Below are positions 12,584 through 24,930 of a DNA stretch of 64,000 nt, in pieces; the first letter of the stretch is position 1, and every line of letters begins with the position of its first letter. Source of the stretch: Phoronis australis (taxonomy: Eukaryota; Animalia; Phoronida); contig NMRA01000100.1 of the NCBI GenBank assembly GCA_002633005.1, positions 268,497-332,496 of the forward strand, in the 5' to 3' direction. The translations under genes were made by a program, and so were the position numbers. The notes beneath the pieces were generated by a model. The model had not been told where the DNA came from. It saw only the letters and a program-made list of their open reading frames with translations, and did no database searches.

Positions 12584-12993
12584 AGCGAGAATTAACTGAA
12601 CTCATCAAAGAGCACATTTGTTGATTGAGACAAGGAGGAATTTCATGACAGCGACGAGTCGTCTGACGACAGCAACTCGTCGCCAGATGAGTTTCATGAT
12701 CGACCCATCGCGAATACGGTTACGTCCGATTCCAAGTCGTTGGATTGGAACAAACAGAACTTGAAGAAAACAGTCCGGATTAGCTTAANCAGCGAGAATT
12801 AACTGAACTCAACAGAGCACATTTGTTGATTGAGACAAGGAGGAATTTCGTGACAGTGACGAGTCATCTGACGACAGCAACTGGTCGCCAGATGAGTTTC
12901 ATGATCGACCCATCGCGAATACGATTGCGTTGGATTCCAAGTCGTTGGATTGGAACAAACAGAACTTGAAGAAAACAGTCCGGATTAGCTTAA
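12584..12993. repeat. About 205-bp tandem duplication joined at a single N (probably two haplotypes left uncollapsed)
   Basis: 12584-12788 and 12791-12993 differ by a few SNPs and a small indel; N at 12789. Confidence 0.85.
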
Positions 12994-13529
12994 TCGCACA
13001 ACAATGTCTTGTATCTGCAAAGCCAGTGGATCGGGGTGCAAGCAGCTGAATATTACTGCAAGAGAGAACAATCTTCGATAGGGCTGAATCACTCGGTGAG
13101 AAGTCGAGGAAATCGTTGCTCTTCAGTCAGTGTCACTGGACTTGGATAGGGATGAATGATTGTCATTTTTTCAAAATTATTCACACTAGTGTAGAATTTT
13201 GAATTATTTCGAACAAAAATCAGCCACGAACGTGTATTTTGTAATCTACAGGACTTCATTTTATTAAATTTCTCCAGAATACACTTTAACTACTTGTTTT
13301 ACTTGCGGTAACCCCTCCTGTCACAAGTGGACTGACCCTGTACACATTAGCTGGTTTTGCTCATTATCTCTGTTCTTGGTTTTTTAATGTTTATTATGAA
13401 ATCTTCAGTACGATAAATATGCATGCCCACAAAGCGCCAAGAAGAATTGTACATGGGTTAAATAAATACAAAGAAAACCATATACAGTTATTATACACAA
13501 ATATATATTAATTAAAAAAATGTTAGGAT

Positions 13530-16078
13530 TACAATGACATACGTAAATAAACCATTTTTATACACAATAAATTATTTCACATGTATACAATTTTATCGGG
13601 TCTCCTACAATGTTAGTTTTAATGGCTCTACCCCATTTGTGGGACAAGGAATTGAAAAAACAATCCACCTTTATCCATCATGGAAGCAAAGGACCTCACT
13701 TTCACACCGTACCACATACGTAGGGGGCCGTAGCGACAATCCCAAACCACAAGCAAGCAAAAGAACACATGAATTTGTAGCCAAGAGGGAATCTCTGGCA
13801 CATATCAGCCGACACACCTTGTATGGCTAGTAACGTTGGCAGTAACCAGGCTAAGGAATGAAGAGAACAGGAAGATCACATACTGGACAGGCTTCAACTC
13901 ACTGATCTGTACAAGCCAGTCTCTCACTGAGTTTGGTGCGTTACCACTACTTCCAGAGGTGGCCCATGATTGGTCGATCCTGCTAGTAGTTGTTATGCAT
14001 ACGAGACAGTTGAAGAGGCTGGTTGTTGAACCCAAAACTTGGGGAATTGCATGCTAAAATGGCAGCTCAGATAGCTCTTGGGAAGNGATGAATTCGTTAA
14101 AGGAAACCCACAGTTAGAGGCCTTTTGTTGTGAGGCTCTAAATTCATCACCAACAGCCTGTTCAGAGAAAAACAAAACCATAAAAGCCGAGAGCACAAAG
14201 CAAACTACCCACAATTTGCTGGAACTGTTGCCAATTGCCAAGACACTTGAAACATTCAGAGAACAGGACTGCGAAATGATCAGCCAATGCCATCTTCAAG
14301 TCCATTTTGAAATATCTGCATCGAGTCCAAACCATCATGGTGTTTGTGGCAATATCTCGAAATGCTGATTTGAGTTTGCATCTCCAGGCTGTTGATGCAA
14401 GGATCAAAGTTTTCTTTTGCTTTTGCTCGCATCAACTACAAAAGACTCCGGCCTACATACATTGATGATGTGCAAGACCTGAGAACCAAACACTACGACA
14501 TGTGGACTGAAATTGGAACAGGCATCTCAGTCAGCAAAACCGAAATCCCATTTGTGTCCTTTGATGCAGACCAAGCTTGTGAACACCTCGAGTGGATGGT
14601 GAAGGCCAATTCTGTACTGAACGTTATTTCCGGCAATGTCAATGAGATTCTTCATATCTGTCTACAGACTCTGCCAATTAGTCAAGATTTACAATAAGCA
14701 ACAGGCGTCCTCTACGTTTTGACGAAAACAATCAAGAAGCAGATACGTTGGTAATACATCATGCAGTGCGGGCATCCCATCAAAACGTCCCTCATTCTCA
14801 CCTGGTACTTTTTTCACCAGACACAGATGTTCTGATACTCGTCATTGCCTACTATGACCGGCTTCTCAGAAAAACTTCAGCCTCAATGGCATCTGGGACT
14901 GTGGGCATAAATCCAATATGGACAGCACTAGGTGCTACCCAGACAAACCCTCTACCGGCTTTCCATGCTTTTACAGGGGCAGACAAAACTGGTCGGTTCT
15001 CCAGGATAGGCAAAACAACATGGTTGAATATATAGTTGGAGGCTGACAGTGATTTTGTCATTGCATTGCATACTCTTTGTACTGCTTCTTGTTCACAATA
15101 GCCCGTTTTACATGTGCTGCATACTCACCACAGGGTATTGACATAAATAGTATCCCCGAGCTGAGATTGTACCTCTTCTGCAAACATACGGCTTACAGCG
15201 ACAAACTTCCACCACCCATTGGGGCTTTGAACAGCGTGTGCTGAGGATGTTTATTCAAGCCAGAGTTTGGGGACCGGTAGCCATTGCTCGGCAGAAGTTC
15301 CTTGACCCTTGCAGAAAATGGATTTTACAAGGACAAAGACGACCAACTGACACCTCTCACAACTTAGGAGGCTCCGGCGCCAGGTGCTTTCATTTAGATG
15401 GTTAGATGTCAATACAAAAGATATTGTTCCTCCCAACGATGCTCTCGTTGATCAAAGGACCTACCTTGCACACATCTATGTCAGTGTTGTCCAGAATGTC
15501 AGAATTTTAAACTCTTATAATGCCGTCATCCCTGATGCCAACGACGACAGAGATGGCGACAGTGATGATTTGTAGACTTATTTCAAAGTTTTGAAAGACT
15601 ATTGACACTACAATAAAGACACTCTCATGTTCTGCAGACGTAAATAGGTTGTATAGATAGTGGTTGAATTTAAGTGTGTTGAAGGAAACAAATCCGAACG
15701 AAATATGTAAGTAGTAAGACCACAAACATTTTTAAGTCTGGCAAGATAGTGTGCATGTGTGTTGGAATACATGATGAAGGCATTTACAAAATGTGGCTGC
15801 TAATAAACGGGTTCTTGATTATGTTTTACATTTAATAAGTTGCATTTTCGGATTCATTGCCAACAACAATGTGGGTGCAGCCATTAAAACTAACATTCTA
15901 GGTGACCCAAGAGCATAGATACTGAACAAAATGTATGTTACCGGTGCCGTTTTTGAAAATCCAAGATGGCCGACAAAATGGCCGTCAGAAAGGCATTACT
16001 TATTTTCTGATTTGTTATTCCATGAGGTTTCCACTTTCCACCAAAAAACTCAGCAAAATTACACAACAAACCTGACTA
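13530..16078 (+). mobile_element. Degraded Academ (XPG-type) DNA transposon with 3' terminus
   Basis: Fragments WTGFNSLI..GALPLLPEVAHDWS, FAFARINYKR..P.YI.D, DADQACEHL, EEADTLVIHHAV..SPDTDVLIL, FHAFTGADKTGRFSRIGKTTW (XPG/H3TH-like) and KLPPP; the region ends ...aaacctgacta (Academ-type CTA end). Many stops and frameshifts; 5' terminus not found. Confidence 0.7.
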
Positions 16079-16299
16079 TTAACTGACAGTAAGCAATCAA
16101 AGAACGCGTTCACACCGTCTCTACCCTCTGTAATGAGGGAAAAATTGCTTTTCAGACTGTTCAGTGATCCCAAAAGTGTTATCAACGTATCTCAATCAAA
16201 CTCTTGATTTCACTTTAGAATAAGTGCAAGTTGGCGACAATAGGGGATATGGGGGATTCCACGACGCATATATTTGTTGATCAAATGAAAAATATAGTG

Positions 16300-16600
16300 C
16301 CTTGAAAAATCTGCAGAAGATCACTCACATCCGTACCAGATAAACTCGTCCTTGGCCACAGTTCGTGGTCACTGCAGAGGCGCTCATGAATCACTGCAAC
16401 AGCGACTCGGTTACACACCATGTTGCCACGTTCGTTGCTGACATTTTGTCTCCGCTAGTCGGCCAATCAGTCCATCACAATGTCAACATTCAGAATCTTG
16501 TGGAAAAGGTGAGCGATAGTTTCTCGAGGAAGACGCGCTTTTCACATCCTATGACGTTTTTTCTTGTATGTATACTCACCTGCTGCAAGGATTCCTGAAC
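16300..16600 (+). mobile_element. Penelope-like RT N-terminal fragment
   Basis: DSVTHHVATFVADILSPLVGQSVHHNVNIQNLVEKV resembles the PLE RT motif S.TY.LAKFL..ILSPLVG.....V.N..D.VEK. Confidence 0.65.
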
Positions 16601-16687
16601 GCCTCTGTAATGACCAACGGCTGTCCTCAAGAACGGGGGTCACTTGTTGGTACACCGAAGTACAGAACCAAAACAATATGTACCGAT

Positions 16688-17530
16688 GGCCGGTCGGCGC
16701 ATCGACCCATGAGTGACCCTCAGGTGCCATGCCAAAGCGCTTATTATTTATCTTAAGATTTTTGACAATACATATCTAATTGTGTATGGAATCCTACGTA
16801 ACAATTAAATAAGATGGACAAGGTAGTTATTGAACCCTTTTATATGACGGTAAACAACACATATTTCCACTGTTCCCTGCAGGACCCAGGCAACAAAATC
16901 TGATACAGTGTAATGATTTTGTTCTTTTTTCACATACCCCTAGACAGGATAACAATTTCAAAACATTAAATCATGAAACTAATCACTGCAGTGATCACGG
17001 CTATAATTTGTGCGGAACAAAAATTGAACAATTTTTTGAAAACAACCTTAAAATCATTTGCTTGCAGGCAAAATTGTGGAATTCTGTATAAAAAACTTTT
17101 TTTCACACTTTACATGTGCGCGCGCGGGGGGGCTCCTCAGAGTAGAAAACGAGACAAAAGTCCACTAGAAAGTTAGGAACAACCAGAATTGGGCGAATGC
17201 ACAATTCATAGCTGTGAACGTACCCCGTGAATCTTAGCCAAAGGTACATGTTCTACAAAATTTGAGCCCCCCACATTGTTTAGGCTGGATGCGCCCACGC
17301 TCTGAAATTATTCATAAGATCATCCCGGACGGGAAAATGGACAAAACAATGTTTCTCACCGAAAGTGATCTAGTCTTCCTCAACAGTACAAATTCCATTG
17401 CAGGACAAGCCCGCGATCATTACACTTCAAACACCATTGTACGTGGATCCATTTTCGGAGCACAAGAGACACGGGAAAAATTTCGAAAAATCATATGAAA
17501 TTGGCAACTTCTCAATACTCCTGGTCGTTC
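16688..17530 (+). repeat. Unclassified interspersed repeat; second copy at about 50209-50795
   Basis: Shared ggccggtcggcgcatcgacccatgagtgacc, gacccaggca..tctgatacagtg, catcccggacgggaaaatgg and ctcaatactcctggtcgt. Confidence 0.85.
17113..17299. mobile_element. CATGCGCGC-family MITE nested in the 16688-17530 repeat
   Basis: Absent from the 50209-50795 copy, whose empty site reads cacactttgaaa; flanks here are cttta / ctctg, consistent with a 5-bp TSD of ctttg. Confidence 0.7.
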
Positions 17531-17697
17531 TTAGGCTATCCGCAAATTCTATGGCTAAATGAATTTTCCCGCAAATTTGACTTAAAAATGAGCTGGGTAC
17601 TTACAGGCTATCGTTAACATAGCCTGAACGGAGCAAACTTCAAACTTCAAGACACGGGAAAATTTTTTCACCAATAACGCTGATAGTTGGCAGTAAC

Positions 17698-17864
17698 CAG
17701 AGGCGGAAGTGGGGGGCCAAGGGTGTCAAGTCCCCCTCCCCTAAAATTTTCTCTCCCAGATTCCATTTGGCAGTCGGGGTGCGAATTACTGATGGGCAAA
17801 ATCCTGGCTAATACTCTGCCCTGCCCCCACCCACCCCCAACTCAAAATCCTGTATCCGCCCCTG
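17698..17864. mobile_element. Non-autonomous hAT5-like MITE, 5-bp TSD
   Basis: TIR cagaggcgga...tccgcccctg; perfect flanking repeat gtaac/gtaac. Confidence 0.8.
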
Positions 17865-17949
17865 GTAACAAGACTTAAACATACACTCTCTGCCACAGAC
17901 TTTTAGCAAATTGTGCAGTTATCTCCCATGACTTCTAATTTACTGATAA

Positions 17950-18589
17950 TAGTTCATTCCCCAGTATTTCTTATGGAGGGCTGCAGACAAAATTTAGCAC
18001 ATGCGCAGTAGCACGTTACAAGTTTTTGGCCAAGGAAAAGAGAGCGTTCAACACCAATGCTGGAGTAAAACCAACGATTTGGTTGAGAGATGTTGATGAT
18101 ACTTTTAAGATTATTAAAGAGTCTGAAAAGCAAAACCTTTCTCTCGATAAACAACATAAACGGATATATGAGAGACACAAGATTCGTGATTCCCTGGAAA
18201 GATACAGGTACCCACGTTGGGTCTTTAGCAAGGCTACCCGTAGAGCACTCCGATTGGAAATCAACAACATTGACGCTATTCAACCTGATCAACCATTGGC
18301 CAGGATACCTCTTCCTTATGTAGAAAGAGTTTCTGAACAACTACTACCTGTGTTCAGGACATTTGATATCACCACGTCTTTCAAAAACGTGTTGGCACTT
18401 TGAGACAAGAACTCGTGAACCCTACGGACAAACAACCTAAGGAAAAGATAGCTGGTGTGGTCTGTGGAACACAGTGTGAAGAGTGCCCTGAAACCTATGT
18501 AGGTAAAACTAAGCAGTCCTAGAAAATACGGTTGTCCCAACATCGTCGGCCTAGCTCCGGTAACACTTATGACTCTTATGCCGTGTGTA
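17950..18589 (+). mobile_element. Penelope-like retroelement remnant (RT C-terminus, thumb, GIY-YIG)
   Basis: KPTIWLRDVDDTFKII (RT YVDD box), RYPRWVFSKA..ARIPLPYVERVSEQL, GVVCGTQCEECPETYVGKTKQS..RLSQHRR; related to 8560-9345. Confidence 0.85.
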
Positions 18590-18975
18590 NNNNNNNNNNN
18601 NNNNNNNNNNNNNNNNNNNNNNNNNNNNNNNNNNNNNNNNNNNNNNNNNNNNNNNNNNNNNNNNNNNNNNNNNNNNNNNNNNNNNNNNNNNNNNNNNNNN
18701 NNNNNNNNNNNNNNNNNNNNNNNNNNNNNNNNNNNNNNNNNNNNNNNNNNNNNNNNNNNNNNNNNNNNNNNNNNNNNNNNNNNNNNNNNNNNNNNNNNNN
18801 NNNNNNNNNNNNNNNNNNNNNNNNNNNNNNNNNNNNNNNNNNNNNNNNNNNNNNNNNNNNNNNNNNNNNNNNNNNNNNNNNNNNNNNNNNNNNNNNNNNN
18901 NNNNNNNNNNNNNNNNNNNNNNNNNNNNNNNNNNNNNNNNNNNNNNNNNNNNNNNNNNNNNNNNNNNNNNNNNNN
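18590..18975. other. Assembly gap (N run)
   Basis: Run of N. Confidence 1.
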
Positions 18976-20013
18976 TTTTTTATGAAGCTGCAAATATATA
19001 AATAGGAAAAGTGTTATGAAAAATAACACATGCTTGTGTCTACAGACTGGAGACATTCCGTTTCATGTGTGTGGAAAATCGAGATTTTTGTCAAGGCATT
19101 CACGCAAAACATTCATCCAGAATGGAATGTTTGCAATTTAAAGGCTGCTCTTGAAACTTGCCGCTGTATTTATTAGAAACAGCAAGCACACATACTAATC
19201 GTTATCATATTAACTAACAGGGGAAAAAAGTATATCATGTAATCCAATGTACCCGAGTTCTTAACATTTCGCCCAAGATATCCCTAAAACAATCTCTTTG
19301 CAGTTGGTTTTCCGTAGCGCTCACCTCGGCGCATTCCGTGATCAGACTTTGGTTGGCTCTTTCATACAAAGCTTTTGCCACTTGGTTGTATGTGACGACA
19401 TTCCTTGAAGTCACCCACGTTTGACGTTGGACTCGAGCCGTTGTTCTGTGACTTTCCGCCAGCCGAGGATCTTCCTTAAATAGAGAACAAGGCAAAATTG
19501 TGCATGGATGCATGTCCCACGCGGGCACATCGGGCGAAAAGCCGCCAGTGAGATGTTGGCCAGGACAGAATGTACCGATCACATGTGGTGGATAGAACTG
19601 TCAGGGAAGGTTGGTTAGAACAAACCGAACACAGGGTCGTTTTGTTGAAAAGACGTCCGCGGTAAGGCATTCGTAGGAAATTCGTTAACGCTTAATGAAG
19701 ACTATTAGACAGAGCACAATAAAACCAGGCGGTGTTTTCAATATCCAAGAAGTAAAGACGTGAGAAGGCACAGTGGGCGAGACATCTTGTTAATATTGTG
19801 TACTGGCGACATCTTAAACTCTTTTGCGAAAAATCTAGAACTTTGATACCGGGTGTCTTCGACGAAGCATTTTGTTCCGCTGTAAATTACTTTCATTGAT
19901 TCTCTTGTTGAACAAAAATGCACAAAAATAGCATTAGATGTACTAACAGCTGCCGACAGAGGAGGTTCGATGAGCTAAAATACAAAGGAAAGTGAGAAGC
20001 AGCGGTAGCAATC

Positions 20014-20247
20014 CATGCGCGCACCCAATCTTTAAAATGGGTTGGCTCGAATTGCCGACGATATGGACTTTTTACTAACAAAAAGCGGACGGACTAAAAA
20101 AATCACGAGGTACCACGTTCGGAGCTGTGAATTGTGCGTTTTCGCCTTTTTAGTGGACTTTTGTCTCGTTTTCCCGGACTTCTTGTTTTTCCGAGGCGGA
20201 CCTTTTTGCCTACTTCGCCAAATGCGGGCTCCCTGAGTGCGCGCATG
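20014..20247. mobile_element. CATGCGCGCAC-family MITE with 5-bp TSD
   Basis: TIR catgcgcgcacc...gagtgcgcgcatg; flanks caatc/caatc. Relatives at 17113, about 23312 (partial), 43606 and about 44480-44616. Confidence 0.85.
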
Positions 20248-21039
20248 CAATCACAAGAAAATCAACTAATGTTTCTATTTTTGTCATGCTTCACATATAT
20301 TTGTCATTACTTACGTCGGTCAACTTATCGAGTTTCTTCTGACATTTCTCCTGCACGATGTTCCTTTTCACAACTTGCTGAGCAGTTTTTTTCCCTGTAT
20401 CCATGCTCTTTACGCTTCTAAAGAACACACAAATAATACACTACTTTAGTTAATGTCCTACAATAACACTTGGTTTAACCCCAAAACGTCGTAGCCAACA
20501 ATATAACCAGCTTATGGCGATGAAGGTGCAGGTGAACAATTCAAATCTGTTCAAATTATTCTCACAGCAGTACAGCGTACAAGCGCAGGCTGGTGGGTTA
20601 CAAAAGTTCCAGACACTTAAAGCTAATGAAACTGTCTCCAAATGTAGTTCAGCTATATGACTGCAGAAAGTCTCGGTAATCAGCAAAAGGCACGCAGTTA
20701 GGACGAATTTCAATGGATTACATGCATACAGAAATTTTTTTAAAATGGCAAACTCGTAATTAATTAATCTTTGTCCTTATTTTTGCCTTTGAAAGGGGAC
20801 ATGAGCAGTACTCTTGACGTTAGTCTTTTTGAAGCCGTGAGTGTGGACCATGTTAATCAATCATGTTGTTGCTCCTTGTTCTTTGACTACCATTCTTATG
20901 AAAGAGCAACCTTTTTCCGTAAAATAAACCAAATCTCACAGAATTTTGAACTTTTAAGTATTTACATGCAACATGCTAATTTGTTTCAGTTCTGAGAAAT
21001 TAAGGACTAAAGCAGAAGGTATACATATTTTGAACTAAT

Positions 21040-21106
21040 TTACAGAAGTAGGTCACTTTCGTTTGATGGTGATTTGGAGAGAATTGCAACTTCGCTGAGA
21101 TACTTT
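21040..21106 (-). CDS. Uncharacterised coiled-coil gene, exon 4 (terminal)
   Basis: tattatttctgaag|A AAG TAT...CTG TAA; phase 2 matches exon 3; KYLSEVAILSKSPSNESDLLL*. The acceptor is AAG, and alternative terminal exons are possible. Confidence 0.55.
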
Positions 21107-21232
21107 CTTCAGAAATAATAGCGTTTCAAGCGAAATTTATGTTACTAGGCCTACAATTGAGGCGTCTTAAGTCTGTTTGACTACCATAACCAGATAGCAG
21201 CTGAACACTACCATCACTACAATCAAACTTAC

Positions 21233-21353
21233 GACTTGAATACAGCCATCGACCTCTCTGCGTCATATTTCATGAGATCAAGTCTTCTTTGGATGTCATT
21301 TTTGCGTGAGTCCATGAAATGCCAGAACTCTTCGATCTTTTTCGTATATTGGC
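21233..21353 (-). CDS. Uncharacterised coiled-coil gene, exon 3
   Basis: tctcccgtag|GC CAA...AAG TC|gtaagt; 121 bp, phase 1/2; QYTKKIEEFWHFMDSRKNDIQRRLDLMKYDAERSMAVFK. Confidence 0.75.
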
Positions 21354-22174
21354 CTACGGGAGATTGTGAGCAGACATTTTGAAAACATTGAAAATTTAAG
21401 CCTAGTTACATGACTGGTCTTTTCAGTACGTCTACCAGGACTATATGAAGCTCAGGGATCGCGGGCACGAGCCCTCTGGTCTCTAATACGTCTGCAGCCT
21501 GTTATTGCTGATATTTAGTATGGCATTTTAAGCTGTAGGTCCTACTAATCCCTGTTGCTAAGCGGAATATGTCCTTGCCTTTCAGTAATTTTCGCATGCA
21601 CCTTCCTACGACCCTGGTTCGTTAGCAACTGTTTTATTTGTAAGATAGTTCCACATAGACGTCTAGGCGCAAGTGGAAACAATAACTAAAACCGAATAAC
21701 ATTAGTTTGCCTTTAAAAAAAAGAATTTTAGACTTCCATAGACCGACTGCGTTTCGTAGACCATTCCTCTTTGGATAATGATGTAATATTTTTTGTGACA
21801 TACATTGTCGCAGTAACACACATGATTGTCCCGACGTCAATATGTGTTGATGTTAACGGCATATATTTTCTGACTAGGTACTATTGTATACCGTCGCGGG
21901 TGACAATATACGTAACGGTAGAATGCTCTGTTCGGGGATGAAGCCACGCTGTCTCCTTGTTAAACTGATTTTAACTCGCTGTCGGAATAGCCTTTTTGTT
22001 ACGGCAAATCCCGATCCACGTGGCAACTCTGTCAAGAGGAGAGTGATTAGTTCTCATTTAAGTATATGTTTTTCTATAAGTAAAAAGTTATAGTACAGTG
22101 AGCAATTCAGTTTGTCTACATCAAGTGTTATGATCAGAAACACGATTCTCTGCAATACCCGCGAATACACTCAC

Positions 22175-22308
22175 TTTCTGCCTTGCAGAGTTTCAGAGTC
22201 TTTTGCTGCCTTCTGTCCATTTCTCTAACAAGCCGGCTTACAACTTTTCCCATCTCCTTACAACACTTCATTTCAGCTTCATAGTACTTTGCCAGGTTGT
22301 TCTGCACC
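22175..22308 (-). CDS. Uncharacterised coiled-coil gene, exon 2
   Basis: cttttcatttaaag|G GTG...GAA A|gtgagt; 134 bp, phase 2/1; VQNNLAKYYEAEMKCCKEMGKVVSRLVREMDRRQQKTLKLCKAE. Confidence 0.78.
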
Positions 22309-22747
22309 CTTTAAATGAAAAGTACTTATGGGATTAACAAATCTGCATTAGGGATAATAATCTTTGAAGTACAATGAGCGAACATACCGTTAGACATTGG
22401 TTTAAAATACATTTCCCAAGTTGCGTGAATTTTGAACTGGTACAGTGAGTGCAATAATTGTTTGTCTTGTTGATAAATTGTTTTATCACAAAACATACTA
22501 TATATGGAAGACTCGGTAAGGAATACGCTCGAAACAAACATTCTTGTGATCAGTGCACTCAGTTTTTCAAGTTATTAGAAAAACACGTGCACTGAACTGG
22601 TGCACAATTGTAAACAAATAAACAAAAGGTATCCCGGTAACATCTGGATCTGCGAAAAAATCAAGTTAGTCTATCAATTTCGACTATTTTCTTTGCGAAA
22701 AGCACATTGCAATGCTGATTATCTGCTATTTGGAATCAATTACTTAC

Positions 22748-22851
22748 TCTTTCCTGATCTTCAGATCGTTAACACGATATTGCATCACATCTTTGATGAT
22801 TTCAAGTGGCAAGTTGCCGTACATACTCAAACTACTCTCAAGTTCAGTCAT
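22748..22851 (-). CDS. Uncharacterised coiled-coil gene, exon 1 (start)
   Basis: gccaaaATG...AAA GA|gtaagt; 104 bp, phase 2; MTELESSLSMYGNLPLEIIKDVMQYRVNDLKIRK. Confidence 0.75.
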
Positions 22852-22921
22852 TTTGGCACCACGATACCGCAATGCGAGTAACTTTGTAACTTTAGCTATA
22901 ACGCTCTTACGAAACAATATG

Positions 22922-22945
22922 TGACGTAAATGTACTATGACGTCA
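22922..22945. promoter_or_regulatory. Paired CRE/ATF sites upstream of the coiled-coil gene
   Basis: TGACGTAA (22922-22929) and the perfect palindrome TGACGTCA (22938-22945), about 70-95 bp upstream of the ATG. Confidence 0.5.
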
Positions 22946-24186
22946 AAAACAGAGAAACGTTCATCACATTGTTCGTTTTACTTGAAAACTACAAACGAAA
23001 AATTGATGGTTTTGACACCATGGTTATCGAGATGAACTATCAACGTCGTAATTTTGTTTGGTTTTTCATCAGGTTTTAACTAGTGAATATCACAGACAAA
23101 AAATCCTACGACCCAGTCATTGTGATTTCAATGGTTATTAGGGTGTTAAGACATGTTACAACGAAACCTAGAGCATAACCGTAGGAGAAAAATAAAAAAA
23201 AAAACATCCGCACTTGTTACATCGGAAGCCGACCGTCTTGCAAAACACCACCCCTCATCCACCACAAACCCTTACCACTCCAGTAAATGCGAATTCCTTA
23301 TGTCTATCTTCACATGCGCGCCCCCAGCCTAAAATATGGGGGCTCGAATATTCCAGTAAGTGGACCTTTTACGGCAAACTGAGTCGGGGACTAAAAACAA
23401 CAACAACAACAATAAAACGGCAGCCAGTTAATAACAAGATGACCACAGGCACATTTTGATTAGACGTTCGTTGTTCTATTTTAGATGTTCGCTTTTCAAA
23501 TGGACTCTGCGTTTACCACTTCGCCAAGTAAGATAAACTTACATGTTGTCAGTCAAGTTTGGTCTCATGACTCGTGGAAACTTGTCATGTCGAGACGACC
23601 AAGTATAAAGAGTATTCCAAAAATCCGTGGCAGGCAGAGACCGAAGTTCAAAATAAAACGGCCAGAGCGGTAAATTGTCTCCCGTCCGGCTACATAACTG
23701 AACTAATACTGAACATTCAATTTGCGCGCGTGCTTGACATAAGTATCCAAAAGTATCATTGGCCGTTGTCAAATACCGGAACACCCTGCATTCCAGCCGG
23801 AATGGATTGTTGCGAAATGGAGCAGCAAATCGGTTTAGATACCGGCCGGCATGAAAAGGGCATATACCAGCGGGCGACTTTTTGGTCGTGTCAGTGGGGA
23901 AGGGTCCCCTAAATTAGACAAAGTTTATCCTGGAGATCGGTGTTTTGTAGTAAGATATACGTATACAGCAGCAAAATGTGAGGAAATATTTACATGTAAT
24001 TTATTACTTAACCCCGGTAATTGACCTATCGCCAGGATTACGACTGGCGGCTTAACTGACCAATCAGAACGCAGCCTTCTTGAAACACCTTCGTCTGCGT
24101 TTCCAAGCCGCCATTTTACCCAACAAACAATGCGTTGTCGTGTGAAACTTATTTTAGTCTATAGCTTAGGAAATTGCGTGATAAAA

Positions 24187-24340
24187 ATGGTGATACGGTG
24201 TCGATATGGCGTGTGTAATTCTGACAGCCTTTATGCAGCTCGAGAAGAATGTCTCGTCATTTTTAGCCATCTCCTAAACCAAAAAGTGACGTCGAAAGGT
24301 TTAAACAATGTATCAAACGGCCACGTACACGAGCAGCGAT
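24187..24340 (+). pseudogene. Degenerate THAP zinc-finger start of a DNA-transposon ORF
   Basis: MVIRCRYGVCNSDSLY..R then, after a frameshift, F*PSPKPKSDVERFKQCIK. The upstream 24030-24150 segment is an inverted copy of the 39887-40352 repeat units. Confidence 0.55.
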
Positions 24341-24827
24341 GTTGCTTAATTACTCGAAGGTTAAACACTCGTATATTTGATCCAAGATACACAATAGTTC
24401 AGTTTGGTGGCTATAGTGTAGGCTTAGTGATTTTGACTCCGGAGTTTCACTCGTCTGGTCGCCTTTAATTGTCTCGGCTGACTTGCTGGATCTCAGCACT
24501 AGAGTCTAGCGATTGTCCCTGGAATTTTTTTATATTTTTACTATTTTTCAGTTATTTTGACCCATAGACATCGTCTTGTTTAGTAGCAGAGGTACATTTT
24601 TTGTCATTTATATACCCGTAAACTTGCGTTCAACTGAACTTGTTTTCCAAAATTGAGATATTCGATCGGCACCGAAGACAGGAAGGGGCACTGGATAACT
24701 GTACTCAAAGCCTTGTTCGAGTTGTTGTCACGAAAAAATAAACAGTTGAATTACGTTTTGATGAGAACCTCTAGTAAAAACTTCGCCTGTAGAGTTACAG
24801 AGAGCTCATTTTGAAGTAATTAAAACA

Positions 24828-24930
<103 letters not shown>

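Noticed and set aside
12584-12993. Apparent recent tandem duplication
   Set aside because: The junction coincides with an N and the copies differ like alleles; probably an assembly artefact.
18316-19056. Long ORFs spanning poly-X
   Set aside because: They run through the N gap.
20450-20713. Cys-rich ORF with a hydrophobic start; also a phase-compatible alternative last exon for the coiled-coil gene (acceptor at about 20660)
   Set aside because: No recognisable domain; the nearer exon 21040-21106 is the simpler model. Cannot be excluded without RNA data.
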